Translations under genes and position numbers: made by a program | NCBI GenBank assembly: GCA_965247095.1 | Contig: OZ251997.1 | Span: 2,816,001-2,880,000 of the forward strand | Length of the DNA stretch: 64,000 nt | Direction of reading: 5' to 3' | Origin: Candidatus Multivorans sp. | Lineage (GTDB): Bacteria; Acidobacteriota; Thermoanaerobaculia; Multivoradales; Multivoraceae | The notes under the pieces: model-generated | The model's input: only the letters and a program-made list of their open reading frames with translations | What the model was told of the DNA's origin: nothing | The model's database searches: none | Shown here: piece after piece, positions 30,443-38,799 of the stretch | How positions within the stretch are numbered: the first letter of the stretch is position 1 | Layout of the letters: each line of letters starts with the position of its first letter

Positions 30443-31315
30443 ATGATCCACCGTCTTCCCACCGTCCGCAGTGACTGCGGGGGCTTTGAGCATCTCGGCC
30501 ATCTAGCCGCTGCGACAAGCGACCTCTTCGCGGAGAAGTTGACCCTGGATATGTCCCGCGTGAGGTTCTTCGATGCGAACATGGCCGCCCCGTTGGGCGC
30601 GATACTCTCTCGCGTTGCGGACAATCTCAACCACGTGGAAGTCGTGGCCATGCGAGATGATGTCGGGCGAATCCTCCGCAAGAATGGGTTTCTCACGCAC
30701 TACTGGTACGAATCCCTAGAAGACAGTTTCTGCACCACGATGCCTTTCCGGCGTTTTCGTCTGCTCGACGAAGGCGCCTTCGAGGACTACGTGCATCGAC
30801 AACTCCGCGACAAGGGAATGCCCATGATGACCGGCGCTGCTAGTAGGGTCTTCAGGCAGAAAGTATTTGAGGTCTATCAGAATGCGGTCATCCACTCCGA
30901 ATCGGATATCGGCGTCTTCGCATGTGGTCAGTTCTTCCCTAACAGGAACCGGCTCGACTTCACGGTAGCCGACGGGGGGATGGGGATTCGTGACTCCGTC
31001 CGGCGCTACTTCGGGCAGCCCCGAATTGACTCTATTCCGGCTCTCGAGTGGGCTCTGAAGCCGAATCACACGACGAAGCGTGGTCCGCAGCCAGGAGGCC
31101 TTGGACTTGGGTTCCTTCAGGAGTTTTCGAGACTCAACCGGGGCAAGATACAGATTGCGTCTCGGTTTGCGTTCTACGAGTTTACAGGAGGCCAAGAGCA
31201 CTTCCGCAAGATGTCGGCGGACTTCCCAGGAACCGCCGTCACAATCGAAGTAAACACCGCAGATGAGACGACATACTCGTTGACCAGCGAGACGGCGTCG
31301 GAAGACATATTTTGA
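30443..31315 (+). CDS. STAS-like + GHKL/HATPase (anti-sigma kinase-like) protein
   Basis: N-box EVYQNAVIHS, G1 ADGGMGI, G2 GGLGL, G3 FPGT; N-terminal LTLDMSRVRFFDA. Confidence 0.85.
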   Translation: MIHRLPTVRSDCGGFEHLGHLAAATSDLFAEKLTLDMSRVRFFDANMAAPLGAILSRVADNLNHVEVVAMRDDVGRILRKNGFLTHYWYESLEDSFCTTMPFRRFRLLDEGAFEDYVHRQLRDKGMPMMTGAASRVFRQKVFEVYQNAVIHSESDIGVFACGQFFPNRNRLDFTVADGGMGIRDSVRRYFGQPRIDSIPALEWALKPNHTTKRGPQPGGLGLGFLQEFSRLNRGKIQIASRFAFYEFTGGQEHFRKMSADFPGTAVTIEVNTADETTYSLTSETASEDIF

Positions 31316-31337
31316 GCTTGAGAGGCGAGGTGACGAG

Positions 31338-31703
31338 ATGAATGCACCAGTGGTCGTTCGCGTCTACGACATCATAGGAGGGCCGCTCTGCGTGTCCGCC
31401 GAAGATGGTCAACGGCTGTACGACAAGATAGCACCCCTGCTGGAGACCGGGAGGCCCGTGATTCTCTCATTCAAGAGAGTAGAGACGATGATCTCTGCTT
31501 TCTTGAACGCTGCGGTGGGTCAGCTCTATCAGGGTTTTCCGGAGGAGAGGATCAGAGAGCTTCTTCAGGTGGAGGACATGGATTCCGATGATAGGGAGGT
31601 GCTTAGGCGCGTGGTCCGGAATGCGAAGCTCTACTTCGAGAACGCGGAGGACTTCGATCGGGCATGGGAGGAGGAGTTGGCGGATGCCGGGGACGAGGAA
31701 TAG
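31338..31703 (+). CDS. STAS-like DUF4325 protein
   Basis: CVSAEDGQRLYDKI..VILSFKRVETMISAFLNAAVGQLY. Confidence 0.85.
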   Translation: MNAPVVVRVYDIIGGPLCVSAEDGQRLYDKIAPLLETGRPVILSFKRVETMISAFLNAAVGQLYQGFPEERIRELLQVEDMDSDDREVLRRVVRNAKLYFENAEDFDRAWEEELADAGDEE

Positions 31704-32244
31704 AGCTCACGACGTATCGCAGTACACGTTCTCTGGAGGCGAGGTCATACTTATCGACGCAAACGTCTGGCTTCATCTGTACCCCGCCCCGTCGGATAGA
31801 CGACGGCAGTATGTGGTTGAGTACAGTCGGGCACTGAAGTCGATGCTGTCGGCAGGCGTAGAGGTGGTGATGGACCCTATTGTCTTGGGAGAGTACTTGA
31901 GGGCTTATTGCGGAATAGAGTGGCGAGCTCTTCATCGGCAAAGACACCCGAACTTCAAGAAGTTCCGGAACTCGACGGACTTCTCGACCGTTGGTGGGCA
32001 AGCAGCCGGTTTCGCGCGGGCGATGCTGAAGAGTTGCACCAGGAGGGACCACCCGTTCAGGCGGACGGCGGTGGAAACTGTGCTGAGTTACTTCGAGAAG
32101 GGAGCGGGCGAGTTCAATGATGGCTTGTTGGTGGAGACATGTCGCATTAACGGATGGAAGTTCGTGACTCATGACGGGGACATTACGGTGGGCGGGATTG
32201 ACGTACTGACAGCGAATCCGAAGCTTGTGGCGGCGTGTAAGTAG
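31684..32244 (+). CDS. PIN-domain nuclease
   Basis: ILIDANVW, VLGEY, FNDGLL and VTHDGD acidic residues intact; RBS gaggag upstream; overlaps the STAS gene. Confidence 0.85.
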   Translation: MPGTRNRAHDVSQYTFSGGEVILIDANVWLHLYPAPSDRRRQYVVEYSRALKSMLSAGVEVVMDPIVLGEYLRAYCGIEWRALHRQRHPNFKKFRNSTDFSTVGGQAAGFARAMLKSCTRRDHPFRRTAVETVLSYFEKGAGEFNDGLLVETCRINGWKFVTHDGDITVGGIDVLTANPKLVAACK

Positions 32245-32268
32245 GGTTGTTGCTGGGGGAGTGGGCTT

Positions 32269-32610
32269 TTGGGGTCTTGGCAGTTGGTCTTGTCAGTCGA
32301 GTTCGAGCAGGAGCGCGAGATGTGGGTGGCATGGTGCCCCGAACTCGATGTCGCGAGTCAAGGCTCCGACAAGACCGAGGCATTGGAGATGCTCAACGAT
32401 GCAGTTTCGCTGTTCCTGGCGACGTGCCACGAGATCGGGACGCTGCACCAGGTGCTGGAAGAGAGTGGGCTGACACCGCTGAAGCTGCACTCGGAACCTG
32501 CGGAAGGTGCCGTCTCGGTGCCGATCGACTTGGTGATCCAGCAGGTCGTCTCTCCACCCGAACGACTCGGCTTCGACGCGGCCGGCTCGGCGGCGCAAGC
32601 TCCGGGTTAG
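32269..32610 (+). CDS. Orphan HicB-like antitoxin
   Basis: WVAWCPELDVASQG..EALEMLNDAVSLFL; no adjacent hicA. Confidence 0.8.
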   Translation: MGSWQLVLSVEFEQEREMWVAWCPELDVASQGSDKTEALEMLNDAVSLFLATCHEIGTLHQVLEESGLTPLKLHSEPAEGAVSVPIDLVIQQVVSPPERLGFDAAGSAAQAPG

Positions 32611-32826
32611 TCAGGGGTCCTGTGACTCTCGTGCTCGCCGTCGGGCCTGCACGAGCACGACGACGAGCGCCAGTCCGCCGCCGAGCAGCGCGAGCGTCGG
32701 CGTGTCCGCGCCTTTCTCGCCGAGCGCGGCGTTGAGCCCGCCGCCGGCGAGCATGCCGATCAGCACCGCGAGCAGAGCCCTCCCGATGGCGCGGGCTTTG
32801 GGACGGGATCGTCTTTCTTCGGTCAT
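32611..32826 (-). CDS. Small two-TM hypothetical protein
   Basis: 71 aa with two hydrophobic segments flanked by basic residues. Confidence 0.5.
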   Translation of the reverse strand: MTEERRSRPKARAIGRALLAVLIGMLAGGGLNAALGEKGADTPTLALLGGGLALVVVLVQARRRARESQDP

Positions 32827-33008
32827 TGCTCAGTCCCCACGGGTGGTTTGGCGATGCAGCACTAGGCCGCATCCGGCGCTCAGCGTTGTGACGCAAACTG
32901 TACGCGCCGCTGCCGACTCACATCCTTGCAGATTGAACGGTAGCCGTTAGATCAACAAGGTTGATTCCCTGCCGGAACCGAACCGTCCCTCGACCACGTC
33001 ACACAAAA

Positions 33009-33026
33009 TCACGCTAGACTGCGTGA
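33009..33026 (+). promoter_or_regulatory. Palindromic operator around the -10 box of the Xre-RES TA operon
   Basis: TCACGC-TAGACT-GCGTGA. Confidence 0.55.
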
Positions 33027-33046
33027 CGAACCACGAGGTTGCTGTC

Positions 33047-33397
33047 ATGCGTTTTCAGGAATTCATCGAAGATCAGGTCTTCTCACCGGTGCTCATCGCA
33101 TCCGAGTTGCGAACCACCAAGGCTGAGATCGCCGGCACGCTCGGTCTGGGACGGGACGCCTTCTCGCGCGCGTCACGGATTCGGGCCCGGAAGACCCAGG
33201 TACGGCTCCGGCAGATGCTGGAGATTCTGAACCGGGTAGAGGCGCAGACGGGCTCGCCGCTCGCGGCGTACGCATGGTTCCGAGCCGAGCCATTGCCCGG
33301 GTTCGGCGGCGCCACGGCGGATCTGCTGCTGCGGGAGGGCAAGGCAGCTCAGGTCCACGCTTACCTCGACAGGGTCGTGGCCGGCGGCTACGCCTGA
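33047..33397 (+). CDS. Xre/MbcA/ParS antitoxin
   Basis: HTH-like TKAEIAGTLGL; AYAWFRAEPLPGFGGATADLLLREGK..GGYA. Confidence 0.88.
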   Translation: MRFQEFIEDQVFSPVLIASELRTTKAEIAGTLGLGRDAFSRASRIRARKTQVRLRQMLEILNRVEAQTGSPLAAYAWFRAEPLPGFGGATADLLLREGKAAQVHAYLDRVVAGGYA

Positions 33398-33411
33398 GGC
33401 CGAGTCCGGCG

Positions 33412-33924
33412 GTGCGCTTCCGCCGGGTCGTCTATCGGGCCCACAATCCGCAGTGGTCGTGGACACCGTTGTCCGGCGAAGGCGCCCGCCGTCATGGTGG
33501 ACACTTCAACCGGCGCGGCATGCCGGCGCTTTACTCGTCCCTGACCCCGCTGGCTGCGATCCGCGAGGCACAGCCGTTGGGCCGGCCGATGCAGCCGCTC
33601 ACGCTCTGCGCCTACGAGGTTGACGCCGAACCGGTGCTGGACACGCGCGACGGGGTTGAGCGAGCGGCCTTTGGTGTCAGCGAGGCGGACCTGCTGTGCC
33701 CGGCCTGGGAGGCGGAGATGCTGGGTGGAGCGGTCCCGTTGTCGCAGGCCCTGGCCGATCGACTGGTCGCGGCCGGCCAGGTGGGAATGGTGGTCCGGAG
33801 CTTTGCCCATGGCGTGGGGAGGGAGGATTTCAACCTCGTTCTCTGGACCTGGGGCCAAGAACGACCGAGCATGGTGGTCTTGATCGACGACGAGAATCGG
33901 CTGACGGGCGGGCAGCGGGCGTAG
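33412..33924 (+). CDS. RES-domain toxin (NAD+ phosphorylase/mART family)
   Basis: VYRAH, SGEGARRHGGHFN, ALYSS, AIRE, VRSFA, NLVLW. Confidence 0.9.
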   Translation: MRFRRVVYRAHNPQWSWTPLSGEGARRHGGHFNRRGMPALYSSLTPLAAIREAQPLGRPMQPLTLCAYEVDAEPVLDTRDGVERAAFGVSEADLLCPAWEAEMLGGAVPLSQALADRLVAAGQVGMVVRSFAHGVGREDFNLVLWTWGQERPSMVVLIDDENRLTGGQRA

Positions 33925-33947
33925 GCCGATGCGCTTGAGCCAGCCGC

Positions 33948-34832
33948 CTACTGCGGCACCAGCGCCACGATCCGCACCGGTGCCCCAGTCCCGCCTTCGA
34001 TCTTCATCGGCAGCGCGACGAGCAGGAAGCCGGTCGACGGCAGTTCCGACAGGTCCGCCACGTTCTCCAGGTTCGGCACGCCGGCGGCGCCGCCGATCTG
34101 GTGCACGATGAAGTCGGTCGACTGGCCGTAGTCGACGCTGGCGGTGTCGATGCCGAGCAGGCTGATGCCCCGTTCCTCGACCAGCAGGCGCGCCGCGTCC
34201 TCGCCGATGCCGGGGAAGTGGAGGTTGCTGGCATCGCCGGGCGTGTCGTCGCCGAGGTAGGCGAGCGCGTCGGGCCAGCGTTCCGGCCAGCCGGTGCGGA
34301 TGAGGACGGCGGCGCCGGCCGGCACCGGGCCGTGCTGTTCTTCCCAGGCGCCGATGTCCCCGGCGGTCACGAGGTAATCGGCGTCGGCGGCCGCCTGTTC
34401 GCTGACGTCGACGACGATCCCGGGGAGGATGAGCCGGTCGAGTGCAATCGAGGCGACATCGTCGCCGCCTTCGGCGAAGTGGACGGGGGCGTCGAGGTGG
34501 GTGCCGCCGTGCTCGGCGGTCGCGAACTGCTTGGCGGCGTAGAAGTAACCGGCTTCGGTGTGGCCCTCGGCGAGCGTCTCGAGGTCGAAGCCGCGGGTGT
34601 CGGTGGGCCAGTACAGGGTGTCGGCGCCGTAGGCGTGGCTGAGGTCGATTGTGCGCCAGTTGGCGACGGCGTCGGGGGTGGAGGCTGCGGAGGGTTCCTC
34701 GGGCGGCGGGGCGGTGCAGGCGGCGACTACTAGCAGAGCGGTGACCAGGACCGGGGTCGTTGCCAGTGTGCCGGATGCGGGCAGGATGCCCGCGTTCCCA
34801 GGGACGGATGCAGGGAGTTCGCTTGCGGACAT
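33948..34832 (-). CDS. Cyclase family (kynurenine formamidase-like) lipoprotein
   Basis: EHGGTHLDAPVHF, LIRTGW, GIDTASVD, LENV, GGTGAPVRIVA. Confidence 0.92.
   Translation of the reverse strand: MSASELPASVPGNAGILPASGTLATTPVLVTALLVVAACTAPPPEEPSAASTPDAVANWRTIDLSHAYGADTLYWPTDTRGFDLETLAEGHTEAGYFYAAKQFATAEHGGTHLDAPVHFAEGGDDVASIALDRLILPGIVVDVSEQAAADADYLVTAGDIGAWEEQHGPVPAGAAVLIRTGWPERWPDALAYLGDDTPGDASNLHFPGIGEDAARLLVEERGISLLGIDTASVDYGQSTDFIVHQIGGAAGVPNLENVADLSELPSTGFLLVALPMKIEGGTGAPVRIVALVPQ
34769..34803 (-). repeat. REP-like element inside the cyclase 5' coding region
   Basis: - strand ccctgggaacgcgggcatcctgcccgcatccggca; encodes PGNAGILPASG. Confidence 0.85.
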
Positions 34833-34847
34833 GACGTTCCTCCTCTT

Positions 34848-35897
34848 CTACACCGCCAACGCGGTCGAAAAGTCCGGTACCCCCTCCCAACGCCCCGGGT
34901 CCGTGGCCCGCATGACCGCGATCGTCTTGATCGCCTCGGGGTTCGCGATGCCGTGGGGCATCTCCCCCGTGAGGACCCGGGTGACGTTCTCGGCCTGGCG
35001 GATCGGGCACTCGCCGAGAAACACGGGCGAGAAGCCGGCGATGTGCGGGGTCACGATGCAGTTGGGGAGCTTCAGCAGGGGGTCGTCGGGGTCGATCGGT
35101 TCCTTCTCGGTGACGTCGAGCGCGGCGGCCTCGATCTGTCCTTCCGCGAGCGCGGTCGCGAGCGCCGCGCCGTCGACGATCGGGCCGCGCGCCGCATTCA
35201 CGAGCAGCGCCGTCGTCTTCATCAGCGCCAGGGTGTCGGCGTTGATCATGTGCCGGGTCTCATCGGTCGCCGAGCAATGGATCGTCACGTAGTCGGCCTC
35301 GGCCAGCAGCTCCTCGAGCGGCACCAGCTTGACGCCGTAGAGGTCCGCGGTGACCTGGTCGACGTACGGGTCAGCGGCAATGATCCGCGCCGGCCCGAAG
35401 CCGCGAGCCCGGGTGGCGAAGGCGCGGCCGATGTTGCCGAAGCCGATGATGCCGACGGTGTGGCCGGCGATCCGCCGCGCCCCGGTGAGGAGCCCGATCA
35501 TGGACTCCCGGTCACGGCCCCAATCCCCTTCGCGAGTGGTGCGAACGGCGTCGACGACGCGCCGCGTCAGCGCCAGCATCAGCGCCATCGCGTGGTCGGC
35601 GACCTCGGTCGTGTTGGAACCCGGTACATTCGTCGCCAGGATGCCGAGTTCGGTCGCGGCGTCGAGGTCGATCGAGTCGACGCCGACGCCCAGCCGGCTG
35701 ATCACCTTGAGCTTCGGACAGCGCTCCAGGACGGAGCGCGAGGTCAGCGGCATGACGCCGACCAGGGCGCCGTCGGCGTCGGCGAGCAGTTCGGCCAGGT
35801 CGTCCTCGCTCCGGCAGATGCCGTCCACGGTCTCGAAGCCCTGATCGTCGAACAGATCCCCACGGTTGAAGGGACTGCGCTGCATCGCTACTTTCAC
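34848..35897 (-). CDS. D-isomer-specific 2-hydroxyacid dehydrogenase (CtBP/SerA-like)
   Basis: GVGVDSID, GFGNIG, NAARGPIVD, LDVTEKEP, TPHIAG; RBS aaggag. Confidence 0.92.
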   Translation of the reverse strand: MKVAMQRSPFNRGDLFDDQGFETVDGICRSEDDLAELLADADGALVGVMPLTSRSVLERCPKLKVISRLGVGVDSIDLDAATELGILATNVPGSNTTEVADHAMALMLALTRRVVDAVRTTREGDWGRDRESMIGLLTGARRIAGHTVGIIGFGNIGRAFATRARGFGPARIIAADPYVDQVTADLYGVKLVPLEELLAEADYVTIHCSATDETRHMINADTLALMKTTALLVNAARGPIVDGAALATALAEGQIEAAALDVTEKEPIDPDDPLLKLPNCIVTPHIAGFSPVFLGECPIRQAENVTRVLTGEMPHGIANPEAIKTIAVMRATDPGRWEGVPDFSTALAV

Positions 35898-35920
35898 GTT
35901 CTGCTCCTTAGCCCTGCAGG

Positions 35921-36700
35921 TCACACGACGGGACACAGCCCGCCGTCCAGGTTGATCGACGCGCCGGTGATGTAGCCGCCGCGCTCGGAGACCAGGAACG
36001 CGATCAGGTCGGCATACTCCTCCGCCTCGCCGACGCGGCCCAGGGGGACCCTCTTGCCCATCGCCTCGTAGATCGACTCGACTTCGACGCCCTGGCCTTC
36101 GGCCCGCCGCACCCACTGGTCGCTCTTGATCAGGCCGATGCAGATCGTGTTGACGCGGATGTTGTCCGCGGCCAGTTCGTTGGCGAGCGACTTGGTCAGG
36201 TTGATGCCGGCGGCCCGGGTGACGCTGGTCGGCAGCGCCCGCGCCGGCGGCGCCTTGCCGCCGCCGATCGTCGCGTTGACGATCGAACCGCCGCCGCGCT
36301 CGCGCATCGAGGGCACGACGCCCCGGCAGAAACGCACCGCACCCATCACCTTGAGCTGGATGTCGGCGAGCCAGGCGTCGTCGTCGAGCGACTCGAGGCC
36401 CTGAGCCGCCGACGCTCCGGCGTTGTTGACCAGAATGTCGACGCCGCCGAACTTCGCCGTCACCGCGTCGACGAACTGCTCGACATCGCCGGCGGACGTG
36501 ACATCCGCCGGCTGCGCGAACACCTCGCCGCCGCCGAGCGCGCGCAGTTCGTCCGCCGCCCGCTCCAGGTTCTCCGCCCGGCGGGCGCAGATCGCGACCC
36601 GCACGCCCTCGCTCGCCAGTCGCCGCGCCGTCGCGAGCCCCATCCCCTCGCTGCCGCCGGTGACGATCGCCACCTTGCCTTCAAGACCAAGTTCCAGCAT
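35921..36700 (-). CDS. SDR oxidoreductase
   Basis: TGGSEGMG, LVNNAG, NIRVN, ITGASINLDGG; YxxxK replaced by TSVTR. Confidence 0.9.
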   Translation of the reverse strand: MLELGLEGKVAIVTGGSEGMGLATARRLASEGVRVAICARRAENLERAADELRALGGGEVFAQPADVTSAGDVEQFVDAVTAKFGGVDILVNNAGASAAQGLESLDDDAWLADIQLKVMGAVRFCRGVVPSMRERGGGSIVNATIGGGKAPPARALPTSVTRAAGINLTKSLANELAADNIRVNTICIGLIKSDQWVRRAEGQGVEVESIYEAMGKRVPLGRVGEAEEYADLIAFLVSERGGYITGASINLDGGLCPVV

Positions 36701-36774
36701 CCGCTCCGCTCCTTGAGATGTTCGTGTGAAGCGTGAGTGTGCCTGTCATGGGCCGGTCTGCGCAAACCGGTCCG

Positions 36775-36926
36775 CCCGGGAACCCGGGTGGCGCGATCCG
36801 CCCCGGGAACCCGCGTGGCGCGATCCGCGCCACCCGTGAACCACTCCGTTCGCCCGTCATCGGGCGGACGGATGGAACGCGGGCATCCTGCCCGCTCTCC
36901 GAAGAAACTGCCGCCGCGAAGCGGCG
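36775..36926 (+). repeat. Modular REP-like element (partial A, A-B-C-D)
   Basis: Same hairpin modules as 24983-25097. Confidence 0.88.
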
Positions 36927-36929
36927 ACC

Positions 36930-38600
36930 TCAGCTCACCGCCTGCCGCGCCGCCTCCCTCAGCCCCGCCACCACCTCCCCGAACCGCGGATCCTCCCGCA
37001 GCGCCGCCAGATCGGCGTCATTCTCGATCCAGCGCAGGTGCGGGTAACCATTCCTCACTGCCGATTCCAGGTACCGGAGCCCGGCATCCATATCGCCGCA
37101 CACGCACGCCACGCAGGCCAGGTTGTAGAGCGCGACGGCATCCTGCACATCCAGCGCCTCCGCCCGATCGGCCCACTCCAGAGCCTCTTTCTTCCGGCCC
37201 TGGCGGGCAAGAGCGACCGCGCCCAGGTAGATCGCGCGCTGATCGTCGGGGTAGCGCAACAGGCGCTTTCGCACTCTGGCCAGAGCGAGCTCCTGAAGTC
37301 GCGCCGACTCGGTTTCCCGGCCGAGCGCCGCCAGAGCCGAGGCGCAGATCGAGCAGGGGGCGTAGGCCGTCGGATCGGCTTCGATGGCCCGGAAGAAGAA
37401 CGTGACCGCTTCCTCCATCCGGCCCTGGGCGAAGCGGTGACGGGCGAAGTTGTGGTTCGCCTCAAAGCTCAGCGGGTCGAGTTCCAGGGCACGCCGGAAG
37501 TGGACTTCGGCTTCCTCCAGCCGACCATTGGTGCTCAGGGTCATGGCCCGCGCGGAATGCGCCTCCGCGACCTCGGGCGCCAGCTCCAGTGCCCGTGAAC
37601 TCGCCTCGTCCGCCAGTCGGAGGTTCTCCTCGCTCGGCTCGTGGAACAGGTACAGGCATGCCGAGCAGTGCGCGGACGCGGCGTGAGCCAGCGCGTACTC
37701 AGGATCGAGCTCGATTGCCTCCGCGAACAGCCGCCGCGCCTCGTAGTAGGTCCTCTTGCGCGCCTGGTGGTAAAGACTCCGGCCGCGCAGGTAGAGGTCG
37801 TAGGCTTGGCTGGACGCCGTGCGCCGGGCCTCGTGCCGCGCCGCGTCCGGCGCCAAACGCAGTTCCAGCGTCTCGGCGATCAGAGTCGCCGTCTGGTCCT
37901 GCAGCGCGAAGATCTCCTGCGAGTGCCGCTGCCACTGTTCCGACCAGACCTGGATGCCGGTGCGGGCATCCGTCACTTCGACGCCGATGCGGAGTTCGTC
38001 GCCCTCCTTGCGGACCGTACCCGCCAGCACCAGGTTGGCGCCGATCTGCCGCCCTACTACCCGGGGATCGGCCAGCGCGTCGTACTGGAAGGACACCCCG
38101 CGGGCCGTGACCCGCAGGCCGACGACGTGGGCGAGGCGGTGGAGGATCTCCTCGGCCATCCCCTCGCAGAGGTGCGCCTGATCGCGCTGCGGGCTGCGGT
38201 CGGCGAACGGCAGGACGGCGATCGAGAGTCCCCGTTCCTCTTCCGGCGGCGGCGGCACGGCGACCGAGGGGGCGCCTTCCGTCGCGGCCAGATCCTCGAT
38301 CACCGGACCGGTGAAGCGGAATCCGCGCCCGTACACGGTGGTGATCCACTTGGCGCTTCCGCCGCCGCCGGCGAGGACCTTGCGCGCCTCGCTGACCGCC
38401 CGGCTGATCGCCGCTTCCGTCACGTAGGCGCCGTCCCAGATGTTCCCGAGCAGCTCCTCCTTGGACACCACCCGGTCCCGGTTCGCGACCAGGAAGGTCA
38501 GCAGCTCGAACACCTTGGGCTGAAGCTGCCGGGGCTGTCCGGCGACCTCAAGGCCGTACTGCTCCGGCTTCAGCACGAAGGGGCCGAAGTAGAAGATCAC
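36930..38600 (-). CDS. OmpR-type wHTH + TolB-N-like + TPR transcriptional regulator
   Basis: LQPKVFELLTFLVANRDRVVSKEELL..ITTVYGRGFRF; SIAVLPFAD; several TPR motifs. Confidence 0.9.
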   Translation of the reverse strand: MIFYFGPFVLKPEQYGLEVAGQPRQLQPKVFELLTFLVANRDRVVSKEELLGNIWDGAYVTEAAISRAVSEARKVLAGGGGSAKWITTVYGRGFRFTGPVIEDLAATEGAPSVAVPPPPEEERGLSIAVLPFADRSPQRDQAHLCEGMAEEILHRLAHVVGLRVTARGVSFQYDALADPRVVGRQIGANLVLAGTVRKEGDELRIGVEVTDARTGIQVWSEQWQRHSQEIFALQDQTATLIAETLELRLAPDAARHEARRTASSQAYDLYLRGRSLYHQARKRTYYEARRLFAEAIELDPEYALAHAASAHCSACLYLFHEPSEENLRLADEASSRALELAPEVAEAHSARAMTLSTNGRLEEAEVHFRRALELDPLSFEANHNFARHRFAQGRMEEAVTFFFRAIEADPTAYAPCSICASALAALGRETESARLQELALARVRKRLLRYPDDQRAIYLGAVALARQGRKKEALEWADRAEALDVQDAVALYNLACVACVCGDMDAGLRYLESAVRNGYPHLRWIENDADLAALREDPRFGEVVAGLREAARQAVS

Positions 38601-38799
38601 CGGCGGATTCTAGCGGATCGGCTCACGTTCTGGTTGCTTATCGCTTCAAGTCCGATCAAGTTCGGCTCCGGATTGGATCAAGCTATGGGGGGCGGGTACC
38701 CATAGTCTGTCGATTGTGGCTTGAAATGCGCGCAATCTGCCGCAGGCGTCGAACAACGCCGCCGTCGGGTTTGAACGGTTTGAACGAAGGAGCAACGAA

